Numbered from the stretch's first letter, positions 16,297 through 27,188 are shown. The stretch is DNA of 64,000 bases from Escherichia coli (GCF_050920415.1 NZ_CP169309.1); one strand, 5' to 3'. Made by a program: numbers and translations. Notes: a model not told the origin generated them from the letters alone.

Positions 16297-16935
16297 ATGA
16301 GTTTATTTGATAAAAAGCATCTGGTTTCCCCCGCCGATGCCCTGCCTGGACGTAACACCCCGATGCCCGTAGCCACGCTGCATGCGGTCAATGGTCACTC
16401 AATGACCAATGTACCTGACGGAATGGAGATTGCCATTTTTGCGATGGGTTGTTTCTGGGGTGTGGAGCGTCTGTTCTGGCAGTTACCCGGCGTTTACAGC
16501 ACCGCCGCAGGTTACACCGGCGGATATACGCCAAACCCCACTTATCGGGAAGTGTGCTCCGGTGATACTGGTCATGCCGAAGCGGTACGCATTGTTTACG
16601 ATCCTTCCGTCATCAGCTATGAGCAGTTGCTACAGGTATTTTGGGAGAATCACGATCCCGCCCAGGGAATGCGTCAGGGCAATGACCACGGCACGCAGTA
16701 TCGTTCAGCGATTTATCCGCTGACCCCAGAACAGGATGCCGCCGCTCGTGCCAGTCTGGAGCGTTTTCAGGCGGCGATGCTTGCCGCCGATGACGATCGT
16801 CACATCACCACGGAAATCGCTAACGCCTCACCATTTTATTATGCCGAAGATGACCACCAGCAATATCTGCATAAAAACCCATATGGTTACTGTGGAATTG
16901 GCGGAATTGGCGTCTGTCTGCCGCCGGAAGCATAG
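16297..16935 (+). CDS. msrA: Peptide methionine sulfoxide reductase A
   Basis: ORF track starts at 16231; ATG 16297 gives [20 protein letters not shown]... (212 aa) with the catalytic GCFWG motif. Confidence 0.95.
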   Translation: MSLFDKKHLVSPADALPGRNTPMPVATLHAVNGHSMTNVPDGMEIAIFAMGCFWGVERLFWQLPGVYSTAAGYTGGYTPNPTYREVCSGDTGHAEAVRIVYDPSVISYEQLLQVFWENHDPAQGMRQGNDHGTQYRSAIYPLTPEQDAAARASLERFQAAMLAADDDRHITTEIANASPFYYAEDDHQQYLHKNPYGYCGIGGIGVCLPPEA

Positions 16936-16981
16936 CGTTACGGTTACAAATTCAGATTGTTGATAAAGTGAGCTTTGTATA

Positions 16982-17092
16982 TGCCGGATGCGGCGTAAAC
17001 GCCTTGCCAGGCCTACAAAACCCTCAAAATTCAATGCATTGCAGAGACTTCGTAGGCCTGAACAGCATAGCGCATCAGGCAGTTTTGCATTT
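16982..17092. repeat. REP/BIME cluster
   Basis: GCCGGATGCGGCGTAAACGCCTT...AGGCCTAC and GTAGGCCTG...CGCATCAGGC units between msrA and ytfL. Confidence 0.85.
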
Positions 17093-17257
17093 ATCAGTCG
17101 TCTGAATTTTAACCCTCTGGCGACTTTACAGTACCTTACGCTATACTAGCCACTGAAAATGCCGGTTCACTTTCTTCGAATCGGCTTTCAATGTGTATTT
17201 CACACAAATTAATCAACTTCCCCTTCCGAGGATCTGGCCTGAAAGGTCGGATAAGAT

Positions 17258-18601
17258 ATGTTAAACAGTATTTTTGTCATACTCTGCTTGATCGCTGTAA
17301 GTGCGTTCTTCTCGATGTCCGAGATCTCACTTGCCGCTTCACGCAAAATCAAACTAAAACTGCTGGCTGATGAAGGCAATATAAATGCCCAACGCGTTCT
17401 GAATATGCAAGAAAATCCTGGCATGTTCTTTACCGTGGTACAAATCGGTCTTAACGCAGTGGCGATTCTCGGCGGTATTGTCGGTGATGCGGCGTTTTCT
17501 CCAGCTTTTCACAGCCTGTTCTCCCGCTATATGTCGGCGGAACTCTCTGAGCAACTGAGCTTTATTCTCTCTTTCTCGTTAGTAACTGGCATGTTTATCC
17601 TGTTTGCGGATTTAACTCCGAAACGCATCGGTATGATTGCGCCAGAAGCGGTGGCTTTGCGTATCATCAACCCGATGCGCTTCTGCCTGTACGTTTGCAC
17701 CCCGTTGGTGTGGTTCTTCAACGGCCTGGCGAACATGATCTTCCGTATCTTTAAACTGCCAATGGTACGTAAAGATGACATCACTTCTGATGACATCTAT
17801 GCAGTTGTGGAAGCAGGTGCACTGGCGGGCGTGTTACGTAAACAGGAACACGAGCTGATAGAAAACGTCTTTGAGCTGGAATCCCGTACCGTTCCGTCGT
17901 CAATGACACCGCGTGAAAACGTGATTTGGTTTGATCTCCACGAAGATGAGCAAAGTCTGAAGAATAAGGTGGCGGAACATCCGCACTCGAAATTTCTCGT
18001 CTGTAATGAAGATATTGACCACATCATCGGCTATGTCGATTCTAAAGACCTGCTGAACCGCGTGCTGGCTAACCAAAGCCTGGCACTGAACAGCGGCGTA
18101 CAAATTCGCAACACACTGATTGTGCCGGATACATTAACCCTTTCAGAGGCATTGGAAAGTTTTAAAACTGCGGGTGAAGACTTCGCGGTGATCATGAACG
18201 AGTACGCGCTGGTCGTTGGGATCATCACCCTCAACGACGTAATGACCACACTAATGGGCGATCTGGTCGGTCAGGGACTGGAAGAGCAGATTGTCGCCCG
18301 TGATGAGAACTCATGGTTGATTGATGGCGGCACCCCGATTGACGACGTAATGCGTGTGCTGGATATTGATGAGTTCCCGCAGTCAGGCAACTACGAAACC
18401 ATCGGCGGCTTTATGATGTTTATGCTGCGTAAAATCCCGAAACGCACCGACTCGGTGAAATTCGCCGGCTACAAATTTGAAGTGGTGGATATCGATAACT
18501 ACCGCATCGACCAGTTGCTGGTAACGCGGATCGACAGCAAGGCCACCGCCCTTTCGCCCAAACTGCCTGACGTTAAAGATAAAGAAGAAAACGTCGCGTA
18601 A
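17258..18601 (+). CDS. ytfL: Inner-membrane CNNM/CorC-family protein (DUF21-CBS-CorC) YtfL
   Basis: 447 aa ORF with N-terminal TM helices followed by a soluble C-terminal region. Confidence 0.93.
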   Translation: MLNSIFVILCLIAVSAFFSMSEISLAASRKIKLKLLADEGNINAQRVLNMQENPGMFFTVVQIGLNAVAILGGIVGDAAFSPAFHSLFSRYMSAELSEQLSFILSFSLVTGMFILFADLTPKRIGMIAPEAVALRIINPMRFCLYVCTPLVWFFNGLANMIFRIFKLPMVRKDDITSDDIYAVVEAGALAGVLRKQEHELIENVFELESRTVPSSMTPRENVIWFDLHEDEQSLKNKVAEHPHSKFLVCNEDIDHIIGYVDSKDLLNRVLANQSLALNSGVQIRNTLIVPDTLTLSEALESFKTAGEDFAVIMNEYALVVGIITLNDVMTTLMGDLVGQGLEEQIVARDENSWLIDGGTPIDDVMRVLDIDEFPQSGNYETIGGFMMFMLRKIPKRTDSVKFAGYKFEVVDIDNYRIDQLLVTRIDSKATALSPKLPDVKDKEENVA

Positions 18602-18616
18602 CCCCAAGAAACATCA

Positions 18617-18647
18617 ACGGCTCCTGAATCAGGAGCCGTCTTATTTA
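18617..18647 (+). terminator. Rho-independent terminator of ytfL
   Basis: ACGGCTCCTGA-A-TCAGGAGCCGT perfect hairpin followed by CTTATTT. Confidence 0.8.
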
Positions 18648-18663
18648 CTGCATAGCACTTTGG

Positions 18664-18870
18664 TTAAGCCATCTCTGTTTGCAGACGCATAACCTGACGG
18701 TTAACTTCGGACATCACTGACAAATGCAGCTTATCCTTCACTTTTGGGATAAGAATCTTACCCTTATCAAATTCAAAAGCGCCAACGTCCTTGATGTATA
18801 ACCGTCCACGGAACAGGATCTTTACGTACTTCGCCACCTGCAGTGGGTTGTACCGTTGGAAAATTTTCAT
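18664..18870 (-). CDS. ytfK: Small DUF1107 protein YtfK
   Basis: Start set to ATG 18868-18870 ([20 protein letters not shown]..., 68 aa) rather than the ORF-track extension. Confidence 0.88.
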
Positions 18871-19195
18871 TGTTATCTCCTGCTGAGTATTACGCCTTTG
18901 CGGTGCCACAATCGGCCCAACTATTATGAGGCGCAAATTTTAATGCTTAGTGACTATAGACTATCCGGGTAATGTTTCCACCGCGTATAACTTTTTTTAC
19001 CTAAAGGTTACAATTATTCAGAATTATCTTTTTACCGAAGCGCGGTCTTCAGTATAAGCATTCATTTTTCATATGATTTGTGCGCTTGACCGCAAACTGG
19101 CATCACACTTGCGGGAAATTCGATAAATAGCACATATGATTAAAATTCAGACCCCAAGTGGTCGGATCACCTGCATATCATAAGAAGGATACACC

Positions 19196-19750
19196 ATGAC
19201 CCTACGTAAGATTCTGGCACTCACCTGCCTGCTGTTGCCGATGATGGCTTCCGCACATCAGTTTGAAACCGGTCAACGAGTGCCACCGATAGGCATTACC
19301 GATCGGGGCGAGTTGGTGCTTGATAAAGATCAGTTTAGCTACAAAACCTGGAACAGCGCGCAGTTAGTGGGAAAAGTGCGAGTACTGCAACATATTGCTG
19401 GTCGCACCTCTGCAAAAGAGAAAAACGCGACGCTGATTGAAGCGATTAAATCAGCAAAGTTACCGCACGATCGTTACCAGACCACCACCATTGTGAACAC
19501 CGACGACGCGATTCCGGGTTCTGGCATGTTTGTGCGCAGCAGTCTGGAGAGTAATAAAAAGCTTTATCCCTGGTCGCAGTTTATTGTCGATAGCAATGGC
19601 ATCGCGCGCGGTGCCTGGCAGCTAGATGAAGAAAGTTCCGCTGTAGCGGTGCTGGACAAAGACGGTCGAGTGCAATGGGCCAAAGACGGTGCGCTCACTC
19701 AGGAAGAGGTGCAGCAAGTGATGAACCTGCTGCAAAAGTTGCTCAAATAA
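19196..19750 (+). CDS. ytfJ: Periplasmic protein YtfJ
   Basis: 184 aa ORF with signal peptide MTLRKILALTCLLLPMMASA; AAGGAT Shine-Dalgarno. Confidence 0.92.
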   Translation: MTLRKILALTCLLLPMMASAHQFETGQRVPPIGITDRGELVLDKDQFSYKTWNSAQLVGKVRVLQHIAGRTSAKEKNATLIEAIKSAKLPHDRYQTTTIVNTDDAIPGSGMFVRSSLESNKKLYPWSQFIVDSNGIARGAWQLDEESSAVAVLDKDGRVQWAKDGALTQEEVQQVMNLLQKLLK

Positions 19751-19783
19751 TGTTAATAACATAAATTCTGGAAAAATAAATTT

Positions 19784-19810
19784 CCCCTATCGATATATAT
19801 GGGATAGGGG
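19784..19810. terminator. Hairpin terminator between convergent ytfJ and ytfI
   Basis: CCCCTATC-loop-GATAGGGG stem with an A/T-rich tract on the minus-strand side. Confidence 0.6.
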
Positions 19811-19850
19811 AATTAAGTCTCTGAGTTTTTACGCCGAACTCATACTAGTA

Positions 19851-20774
19851 TCAATAACCCTTATTCGCGTTTAACGGTTTTACCTCTTTTTTAAACGCTT
19901 CAATGGTAGATTTATATTTCTTGTGAATCTTGTCTTCGGTATAATTACCGTTTGCGGCCAGATTTGCACTTACAATCGCTTCCACTTGCTCGGTTATTTC
20001 CACTTGTTGGTAACCTGCATTAACCAGAAAATTATAAATAAGAGAGTAATCTTCACCCTGCAAAAAAATATAAGAGCCAGTTCGAAGTTCCTCATCCCCT
20101 CCATAGATTTTAAGAGCAAAGCCCAAAGATTCTATGACCATGGCATAATTTCCATTATTTATTTTCTCGCAAAAATACCATCCTTCACATTCTTTAATGC
20201 TACCTCCTGGCCCTTCAAGTTCAAATTTACCCCGTTTTAATTTGCTTACTACATTCTCCAAATAAGCAGAATCGTAAGATAAGTTACCCGCCGCCTTCCG
20301 AAAATAACCGTTAATCCTTTCAGGTATGTCAGACTGTTTTTTCTGCAAAATATCATAGGCATACAATCTTCTATTTTGTGCTAGTGGAAATTCACGGTTT
20401 TTAAAGTCTATAAATGAGTTATACTCATTTATTGTTATAGGGATTTCTTCGTATTCAAATCCAGTGCCTCGCAATGTCATTGTATATTCGGCACCGTTAT
20501 CTTTAAGGCGGAAGCTGATAAGAAAATTATCCATGGAGTGAACGGTTTCATCTTTTAATGAAAGCACCTGATAACTATTTTTATCGATCTGTGTTGCTCT
20601 AAGAAAGAACTCCCTTAAAATTAACAGACTATCATAATTCGAAATCCAATCCCTTTTCTTAAATGCATGCTGAATATTATTAAAGAAATTATTTGAATGT
20701 ATTTTTGTATGCGATGACTTTACAAATAACTCCACTGCACCAAAAAAATTATTGTGTCTAATCTTGGGTAACAT
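19851..20774 (-). CDS. ytfI: Uncharacterized protein YtfI (AT-rich gene)
   Basis: 307 aa ORF, markedly AT-rich, flanked by AT-rich intergenic DNA; no recognisable domain. Confidence 0.8.
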   Translation of the reverse strand: MLPKIRHNNFFGAVELFVKSSHTKIHSNNFFNNIQHAFKKRDWISNYDSLLILREFFLRATQIDKNSYQVLSLKDETVHSMDNFLISFRLKDNGAEYTMTLRGTGFEYEEIPITINEYNSFIDFKNREFPLAQNRRLYAYDILQKKQSDIPERINGYFRKAAGNLSYDSAYLENVVSKLKRGKFELEGPGGSIKECEGWYFCEKINNGNYAMVIESLGFALKIYGGDEELRTGSYIFLQGEDYSLIYNFLVNAGYQQVEITEQVEAIVSANLAANGNYTEDKIHKKYKSTIEAFKKEVKPLNANKGY

Positions 20775-20986
20775 ATGACAACCTTATTATATTTGGTTAT
20801 TCTATGTCGCCATTAAATATCTTGTTAAAGAAGTAAACTATCAAAAAATGCTCATTATTAAGATATAACTCATTAGCGTTAGAATATTTACACTTTAAAT
20901 ACAATCCCTTTATATCTATAACTTTTTAGGTTGGAAACAAATCAGGATGGCAGAATCAGGAAATACACTGTTTCTGCCATATATAT

Positions 20987-21727
20987 TTAATAAATAGAGA
21001 CTCTGAACCCAGGATTCAGGAACGACTCGCGCGGGGTATAATCCAGCGGTTTACCCTGCCAGTCGTGAACGTGCGCTCCGGCCGCTGCCGCAACTGCGTG
21101 ACCGGCGGCGGTGTCCCAAATATTGGTTGGCCCGAAACGCGGGTAAAGCTGCGCCTGCCCTTCCGCCACCAGGCAGAATTTCAGCGAAGAGCCGATAGAC
21201 GTGGTTTGATGTTCGCCAAGCTGTTGCAGATACTCTTTCAGCTCCGCATCCGCATGGGAACGGCTGATCACCACCAGCGGCGGGCGCGCATCGCGGACCT
21301 GAATCTGCTTGCGTACACCGCACTCTTCTTTCCAGGCTTTGCCGTCTGCCGCGCTGTACATTACGTTCATTACCGGCGCATACACCACACCTAAAATCGG
21401 TTTGCCGTGGTCGATGAGCGCAATATTAACGGTGAATTCACCATTACGTTTAATAAACTCTTTAGTACCATCCAGCGGGTCTACCAGCCAGTAACGCTGC
21501 CAGTGTTGACGGACTTCCCAACCGGGAGGATCTTCTTCAGAAAGGACCGGAATATCCGGTGTCAGCGTACGTAAACCGTCCATGATAACGGTGTGTGCGG
21601 CAATATCCGCTGCCGTTACCGGAGAATTGTCCGCTTTGCTGACGACGTCCATCGGTTTCGTCCCGTCGTAGACCTGCATAATGGCATCGCCTGCATTCCG
21701 TGCAAGCTGGCATACTTGATCTAACAT
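20987..21727 (-). CDS. cysQ: 3'(2'),5'-bisphosphate nucleotidase
   Basis: 246 aa [23 protein letters not shown]...; inositol-monophosphatase-family motifs (DPLDGT, WDTAAG). Confidence 0.95.
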   Translation of the reverse strand: MLDQVCQLARNAGDAIMQVYDGTKPMDVVSKADNSPVTAADIAAHTVIMDGLRTLTPDIPVLSEEDPPGWEVRQHWQRYWLVDPLDGTKEFIKRNGEFTVNIALIDHGKPILGVVYAPVMNVMYSAADGKAWKEECGVRKQIQVRDARPPLVVISRSHADAELKEYLQQLGEHQTTSIGSSLKFCLVAEGQAQLYPRFGPTNIWDTAAGHAVAAAAGAHVHDWQGKPLDYTPRESFLNPGFRVSIY

Positions 21728-21916
21728 TTCTCCACCTCGTCTCTGTGAGCGGTGTTAACTTATTGTTTTACTTATACCCTATCGTTAAAGAATGCGCCAA
21801 CTGTGATAGTGTCATCATTTTCAAAGCGTTAAATTGTGGCATTCTTCACTGTTCTAAAAGTAAGAGGTTTATTCTCCCTTTTCTTTCGAATTCCCGATGA
21901 TAAAAGGATGTCCCTG

Positions 21917-23860
21917 ATGATTAAGTTTAGCGCAACGCTCCTGGCCACGCTGATTGCCGCGAGTGTGAATGCAGCGACGGTCGATCTGCGTATCATGGAA
22001 ACCACTGATTTGCATAGCAACATGATGGATTTCGATTATTACAAAGACACCGCCACGGAAAAATTCGGACTGGTACGTACGGCAAGCCTGATTAACGATG
22101 CCCGCAATGAAGTGAAAAACAGCGTACTGGTCGATAATGGCGATTTGATTCAGGGGAGTCCGCTGGCCGATTACATGTCGGCGAAAGGATTAAAAGCCGG
22201 AGATATTCATCCGGTCTATAAGGCATTGAATACGCTGGACTATACCGTCGGCACACTCGGTAACCACGAGTTTAACTACGGTCTGGATTACCTGAAAAAT
22301 GCACTGGCAGGAGCGAAATTCCCTTATGTAAACGCCAACGTCATTGACGCTAAAACCAAACAGCCCATGTTTACACCGTATTTGATTAAAGACACCGAAG
22401 TGGTCGATAAAGACGGAAAAAAACAGACGCTGAAGATTGGCTATATTGGCGTCGTACCGCCGCAGATTATGGGATGGGATAAAGCTAATTTATCTGGCAA
22501 AGTCACCGTTAACGATATAACGGAAACTGTGCGCAAGTACGTACCTGAAATGCGCGAGAAAGGTGCCGATCTCGTTGTCGTTTTGGCGCATTCTGGTCTC
22601 TCTGCCGATCCGTATAAAGTGATGGCAGAAAACTCAGTTTATTACCTCAGTGAAATTCCGGGCGTTGATGCCATTATGTTTGGCCATGCTCACGCCGTCT
22701 TCCCGAGTAAAGATTTTGCGAATATCAAAGGGGCTGATATCGCCAAAGGCACGCTGAACGGCGTTCCGGCGGTAATGCCGGGCATGTGGGGCGATCATCT
22801 CGGCGTGGTCGATCTGCAACTCAATAATGACAGCGGAAAATGGCAGGTGACGCAGGCGAAAGCGGAAGCACGGCCAATTTACGATATCGCCAATAAAAAA
22901 TCCCTCGCGGCGGAAGACAGCAAGCTGGTAGAAACACTTAAAGCCGATCACAACGCCACACGCCAGTTTGTCAGCAAACCAATCGGTAAATCTGCCGACA
23001 ATATGTATAGCTATTTGGCGCTGGTGCAGGACGATCCGACCGTGCAGGTGGTGAATAATGCACAAAAAGCGTATGTCGAACATTACATTCAGGGCGATCC
23101 GGATCTGGCAAAACTGCCGGTGCTTTCAGCTGCCGCACCGTTTAAAGTCGGTGGTCGCAAAAATGATCCGGCAAGCTATGTGGAGGTGGAAAAAGGTCAG
23201 CTGACTTTCCGTAATGCTGCCGATCTTTATCTCTATCCCAATACGCTGATTGTGGTGAAAGCCAGCGGTAAAGAGGTGAAAGAGTGGCTGGAGTGCTCCG
23301 CCGGACAGTTTAACCAGATTGATCCTAACAGCACGAAACCGCAGTCACTCATCAACTGGGATAGTTTCCGCACCTATAACTTTGACGTCATTGATGGTGT
23401 GAATTATCAGATTGATGTTACTCAGCCCGCCCGCTATGACGGCGAGTGCCAGGTGGTTAATGCCAATGCGGAAAGAATTAAGAACCTGACCTTTAACGGC
23501 AAGCCGATTGATCCGAACGCGATGTTCCTCGTTGCCACCAATAACTATCGCGCTTACGGCGGCAAATTTGCAGGTACGGGCGATAGCCATATCGCTTTTG
23601 CTTCACCGGATGAGAACCGCTCGGTGCTGGCAGCGTGGATTGCAGATGAGTCGAAGCGTGCGGGAGAAATTCACCCGGCGGCAGATAACAACTGGCGTTT
23701 AGCACCGATTCCCGGCGATAAGAAACTGGATATCCGTTTCGAAACCTCTCCGTCAGATAAAGCCGCAGAGTTTATTAAAGAGAAAGGGCAGTATCCGATG
23801 AATAAAGTCGCGACCGATGATATCGGCTTTGCGATTTATCAGGTGGATTTGAGTAAGTAA
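21917..23860 (+). CDS. cpdB: 2',3'-cyclic-nucleotide 2'-phosphodiesterase / 3'-nucleotidase
   Basis: ORF track starts at 21836; ATG 21917 ([19 protein letters not shown]..., 647 aa) with signal peptide and metallophosphoesterase GNHEF motif. Confidence 0.95.
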   Translation: MIKFSATLLATLIAASVNAATVDLRIMETTDLHSNMMDFDYYKDTATEKFGLVRTASLINDARNEVKNSVLVDNGDLIQGSPLADYMSAKGLKAGDIHPVYKALNTLDYTVGTLGNHEFNYGLDYLKNALAGAKFPYVNANVIDAKTKQPMFTPYLIKDTEVVDKDGKKQTLKIGYIGVVPPQIMGWDKANLSGKVTVNDITETVRKYVPEMREKGADLVVVLAHSGLSADPYKVMAENSVYYLSEIPGVDAIMFGHAHAVFPSKDFANIKGADIAKGTLNGVPAVMPGMWGDHLGVVDLQLNNDSGKWQVTQAKAEARPIYDIANKKSLAAEDSKLVETLKADHNATRQFVSKPIGKSADNMYSYLALVQDDPTVQVVNNAQKAYVEHYIQGDPDLAKLPVLSAAAPFKVGGRKNDPASYVEVEKGQLTFRNAADLYLYPNTLIVVKASGKEVKEWLECSAGQFNQIDPNSTKPQSLINWDSFRTYNFDVIDGVNYQIDVTQPARYDGECQVVNANAERIKNLTFNGKPIDPNAMFLVATNNYRAYGGKFAGTGDSHIAFASPDENRSVLAAWIADESKRAGEIHPAADNNWRLAPIPGDKKLDIRFETSPSDKAAEFIKEKGQYPMNKVATDDIGFAIYQVDLSK

Positions 23861-23887
23861 AACACTTTTCCCGTCTATAGATATGAA

Positions 23888-23982
23888 CCGCATCCGGCAT
23901 TTATTGGCGGATGCGGTGCTGCTGCATCTTATCCGCCCTACAGGTCATGAACCGTAGGCCGAATAAGCGCAGCGCATCCGGC
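23888..23982. repeat. REP/BIME cluster
   Basis: CGCATCCGGCA...GCGGATGCGGTG...CCGTAGGCCGAATAAGCGCAGCGCATCCGGC units between cpdB and the ytfH stop. Confidence 0.8.
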
Positions 23983-23984
23983 TG

Positions 23985-24365
23985 TTATGCCGCACGTTCA
24001 TCCCGCACTGCCAACACCTCAGGCAAATTCAACTCAATCCAGTCCGCCAGTGCAGCAACCTTTTCGCTCACCTGCTCGCCCAGCGGCGTGAGGCTGTATT
24101 CCACATGCGGCGGCACCACCGGATAAGAGATACGGTTAAGAAACCCATCCTGCTCTAACGCCTGTAACGACTGCGCAAGCATCTTTTCACTCACCCCACC
24201 CATCTTGCGGCGCAGGTCGCTAAAACGGTGCGTACCTTCGCGAAGCGCGACCAGAATCAATACCCCCCAACGGCTGGTGACGTGTTTCAACACCTCGCGC
24301 GACGGGCACTGTTCGGCGAAGAGGTTACCCTCTTTCAGTTGTTGCGACAGGCTAGCCTGGCTCAT
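23985..24365 (-). CDS. ytfH: HxlR-type winged-helix transcriptional regulator
   Basis: 126 aa ORF MSQASLSQQLKEGNLFAEQCPSREVLKHVTSRWG...; divergent from ytfG. Confidence 0.9.
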   Translation of the reverse strand: MSQASLSQQLKEGNLFAEQCPSREVLKHVTSRWGVLILVALREGTHRFSDLRRKMGGVSEKMLAQSLQALEQDGFLNRISYPVVPPHVEYSLTPLGEQVSEKVAALADWIELNLPEVLAVRDERAA

Positions 24366-24387
24366 TCATACTTACCTTTTTGTACGT

Positions 24388-24404
24388 ACTTACTAAAAGT
24401 AAGT
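24388..24404. promoter_or_regulatory. Perfect palindrome ACTTAC-TAAAA-GTAAGT in the ytfH/ytfG divergent region (candidate operator)
   Basis: 6 bp perfect inverted arms with a 5 bp A/T spacer, centred between the two divergent start codons. Confidence 0.3.
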
Positions 24405-24452
24405 TTAGGTGGTAGCGTATTTAAACACAAGACAAACCGATGGAGGCTTCCC

Positions 24453-25313
24453 ATGATCGCAATTACCGGCGCAACCGGCCAACTTGGTCACCATGTTATT
24501 AACTCCTTACTGAAAACCGTTCCTGCCAGCCAAATAGTGGCTATCGCGCGTAACCCGGCAAAAGCACACGCACTGACAGCACAAGGCATTACTGTACGTC
24601 AGGCTGACTACGGCGATGAAGCCGCACTGACATCTGCGCTTCAGGGTGTGGAAAAACTGCTGCTGATCTCTTCCAGCGAAGTGGGGCAACGTGCCCTGCA
24701 GCATCGAAATGTTATTAATGCCGCTAAGGCGGCGGGCGTGAAATTTATCGCTTATACCAGCCTGCTACATGCTGATACCTCCCCGCTCGGCCTCGCCGAT
24801 GAGCACATCGAGACGGAGAAAATGCTGGCTGTTTCTGGCATCGCTTACACCTTGCTGCGCAACGGCTGGTACACCGAAAACTATCTCGCCAGCGCCCCGG
24901 CAGCACTGGAGCACGGCGTATTTATCGGTGCCGCGGGCGATGGCAAAATTGCCTCAGCTACGCGAGCTGATTATGCGGTAGCTGCGGCGCGCGTAATTAG
25001 CGAAGCAGGTCACGAAGGCAAGGTTTATGAACTGGCAGGTGATAGCGCCTGGACACTGACACAGTTAGCGGCGGAACTCACCAAACAGAGCGGCAAACAG
25101 GTTACCTATCAAAACCTGAGCGAAGCTGATTTCGCCGCGGCGCTGAAAAGCGTCGGTCTGCCTGACGGGCTGGCGGATATGCTGGCAGATTCTGACGTTG
25201 GCGCATCGAAAGGCGGCCTGTTTGATGACAGCAAAACGCTGAGCAAATTGATTGGCCGCCCAACGACAACATTAGCCGAGAGCGTAAGCCATCTTTTTAA
25301 TGTTAATAACTAG
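24453..25313 (+). CDS. ytfG: NAD(P)H:quinone oxidoreductase (NmrA-like)
   Basis: ORF track starts at 24228; GGAGG Shine-Dalgarno then ATG 24453 gives MIAITGATGQLGHHVINSL... (286 aa) with a Rossmann GATGQLG motif. Confidence 0.93.
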   Translation: MIAITGATGQLGHHVINSLLKTVPASQIVAIARNPAKAHALTAQGITVRQADYGDEAALTSALQGVEKLLLISSSEVGQRALQHRNVINAAKAAGVKFIAYTSLLHADTSPLGLADEHIETEKMLAVSGIAYTLLRNGWYTENYLASAPAALEHGVFIGAAGDGKIASATRADYAVAAARVISEAGHEGKVYELAGDSAWTLTQLAAELTKQSGKQVTYQNLSEADFAAALKSVGLPDGLADMLADSDVGASKGGLFDDSKTLSKLIGRPTTTLAESVSHLFNVNN

Positions 25314-25411
25314 TTAATTAAAGTGGCATCCTCCCGTATCCTCTCTGATAATGACGGGATGCGGGGAGCAATCATGTCTGCTTCCTGAACTTTCTTCTGA
25401 CAGACCAATGG

Positions 25412-26386
25412 ATGCCAGTAATGATTAGCGGCGTGCTGTACGCCCTGTTAGCAGGGTTGATGTGGGGGCTTATATTTGTCGGGCCGTTGATCGTGCCGGA
25501 ATACCCGGCGATGTTGCAGTCGATGGGGCGTTATCTGGCGTTAGGGTTAATTGCGCTACCCATTGCCTGGCTGGGGCGCGTGCGTCTGCGTCAGTTAGCG
25601 CGTCGCGACTGGCTTACGGCCTTGATGCTCACTATGATGGGCAACCTTATCTATTACTTCTGTCTTGCCAGTGCCATTCAACGTACTGGCGCGCCTGTTT
25701 CCACGATGATTATCGGCACCCTGCCGGTGGTTATTCCTGTCTTCGCCAATCTGCTTTATAGCCAGCGTGACGGTAAACTCGCGTGGGGGAAACTCGCCCC
25801 GGCGCTGGTTTGTATTGGCATCGGCCTGGCATGTGTAAATATTGCTGAGTTAGACCACGGACTCCCCGATTTTGACTGGGTACGTTATGCCTCAGGCATC
25901 GTACTGGCGCTAGTCTCCGTGGTCTGCTGGGCGTGGTATGCCTTGCGCAACGCCCGTTGGCTGCGGGAAAACCCAGACAAACATCCGATGATGTGGGCGA
26001 CGGCGCAGGCGCTGGTCACGCTGCCGGTTTCGCTCATCGGTTATCTTGTCGCCTGTTACTGGCTGAATACGCAAACGCCGGACTTCTCCCTACCTTTTGG
26101 CCCCCGTCCGCTGGTGTTTATTAGTCTGATGATTGCGATAGCCGTGCTTTGCTCATGGGTTGGCGCACTTTGCTGGAACGTCGCCAGCCAGCGATTACCA
26201 ACGGTGATTCTCGGGCCGCTGATTGTCTTCGAAACGCTGGCAGGTTTGCTGTACACCTTTTTGTTACGCCAGCAAATGCCGCCGCTGATGACGCTGAGCG
26301 GTATCGCGCTGTTAGTGGTTGGCGTGGTCATTGCGGTCAGAGCAAAACCGGAAAAACCCTTAATTGAACCTGTCTCTGAAAGTTGA
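25412..26386 (+). CDS. ytfF: Inner-membrane EamA/DMT-family transporter
   Basis: 324 aa polytopic membrane ORF; the start may be the ATG 9 nt downstream (MISGVLYALLAG...). Confidence 0.88.
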   Translation: MPVMISGVLYALLAGLMWGLIFVGPLIVPEYPAMLQSMGRYLALGLIALPIAWLGRVRLRQLARRDWLTALMLTMMGNLIYYFCLASAIQRTGAPVSTMIIGTLPVVIPVFANLLYSQRDGKLAWGKLAPALVCIGIGLACVNIAELDHGLPDFDWVRYASGIVLALVSVVCWAWYALRNARWLRENPDKHPMMWATAQALVTLPVSLIGYLVACYWLNTQTPDFSLPFGPRPLVFISLMIAIAVLCSWVGALCWNVASQRLPTVILGPLIVFETLAGLLYTFLLRQQMPPLMTLSGIALLVVGVVIAVRAKPEKPLIEPVSES

Positions 26387-26444
26387 CACGCTTGCAGTGA
26401 GTTAAATAAGCCTCTGCTACGTAAGGGTTATAGCATTCACCTTA

Positions 26445-26467
26445 AAGATGCATTTAAAATACATCTT
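26445..26467. promoter_or_regulatory. NsrR operator in the ytfE promoter
   Basis: AAGATGCATTTAAAATACATCTT: 11-1-11 inverted repeat with one mismatch, matching the NsrR box, about 27 nt upstream of the ytfE ATG. Confidence 0.85.
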
Positions 26468-26493
26468 ATCTTATTAAGAATGAGGTATCAGCT

Positions 26494-27156
26494 ATGGCTT
26501 ATCGCGACCAACCTTTAGGTGAACTGGCGCTCTCTATTCCTCGCGCTTCGGCTCTGTTTCGTAAATATGATATGGATTACTGCTGTGGCGGTAAGCAAAC
26601 GCTGGCGCGCGCGGCGGCACGTAAAGAACTGGATGTTGAGGTCATTGAAGCCGAACTGGCAAAGCTTGCTGAACAACCGATTGAGAAAGACTGGCGTAGC
26701 GCCCCACTGGCAGAAATCATCGACCATATCATCGTGCGCTACCACGATCGTCACCGTGAACAACTGCCGGAACTGATTCTGCAAGCGACTAAAGTCGAAC
26801 GCGTTCACGCCGACAAACCGAGCGTGCCAAAAGGGCTGACAAAATACCTGACCATGCTGCATGAAGAGCTTTCCAGCCACATGATGAAAGAAGAGCAGAT
26901 CCTCTTCCCGATGCTCAAACAAGGCATGGGTAGCCAGGCGATGGGGCCAATTAGCGTAATGGAAAGCGAGCACGATGAAGCGGGTGAACTGCTGGAAGTA
27001 ATCAAACACACTACCAATAACGTCACACCGCCGCCGGAAGCCTGCACCACCTGGAAAGCGATGTATAACGGTATTAATGAACTGATTGATGACCTGATGG
27101 AGCACATCAGTCTGGAAAACAATGTGCTGTTCCCGCGCGCGCTGGCGGGTGAGTGA
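26494..27156 (+). CDS. ytfE: Iron-sulfur cluster repair di-iron protein (RIC)
   Basis: 220 aa [36 protein letters not shown]... with hemerythrin-like His/Glu residues; NsrR box upstream. Confidence 0.95.
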   Translation: MAYRDQPLGELALSIPRASALFRKYDMDYCCGGKQTLARAAARKELDVEVIEAELAKLAEQPIEKDWRSAPLAEIIDHIIVRYHDRHREQLPELILQATKVERVHADKPSVPKGLTKYLTMLHEELSSHMMKEEQILFPMLKQGMGSQAMGPISVMESEHDEAGELLEVIKHTTNNVTPPPEACTTWKAMYNGINELIDDLMEHISLENNVLFPRALAGE

Positions 27157-27188
27157 TCTAAAAGCTGGATGGCATTGCGCCATCCAGC
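27155..27188. terminator. Hairpin terminator between convergent ytfE and cycA
   Basis: GCTGGATGGC-ATTGC-GCCATCCAGC perfect 10 bp stem with TTTTAG on the minus-strand side. Confidence 0.7.

Noticed and set aside
18871-19195. Pho box in the ytfK promoter region
   Set aside because: ytfK is reported as phosphate-starvation inducible, but I could not find a convincing pair of CTGTCAT direct repeats by eye.
26515-27183. 222 aa reverse-strand ORF covering ytfE
   Set aside because: It is exactly antisense to the well-supported ytfE gene, and its product is Arg/His-rich with no domain features.
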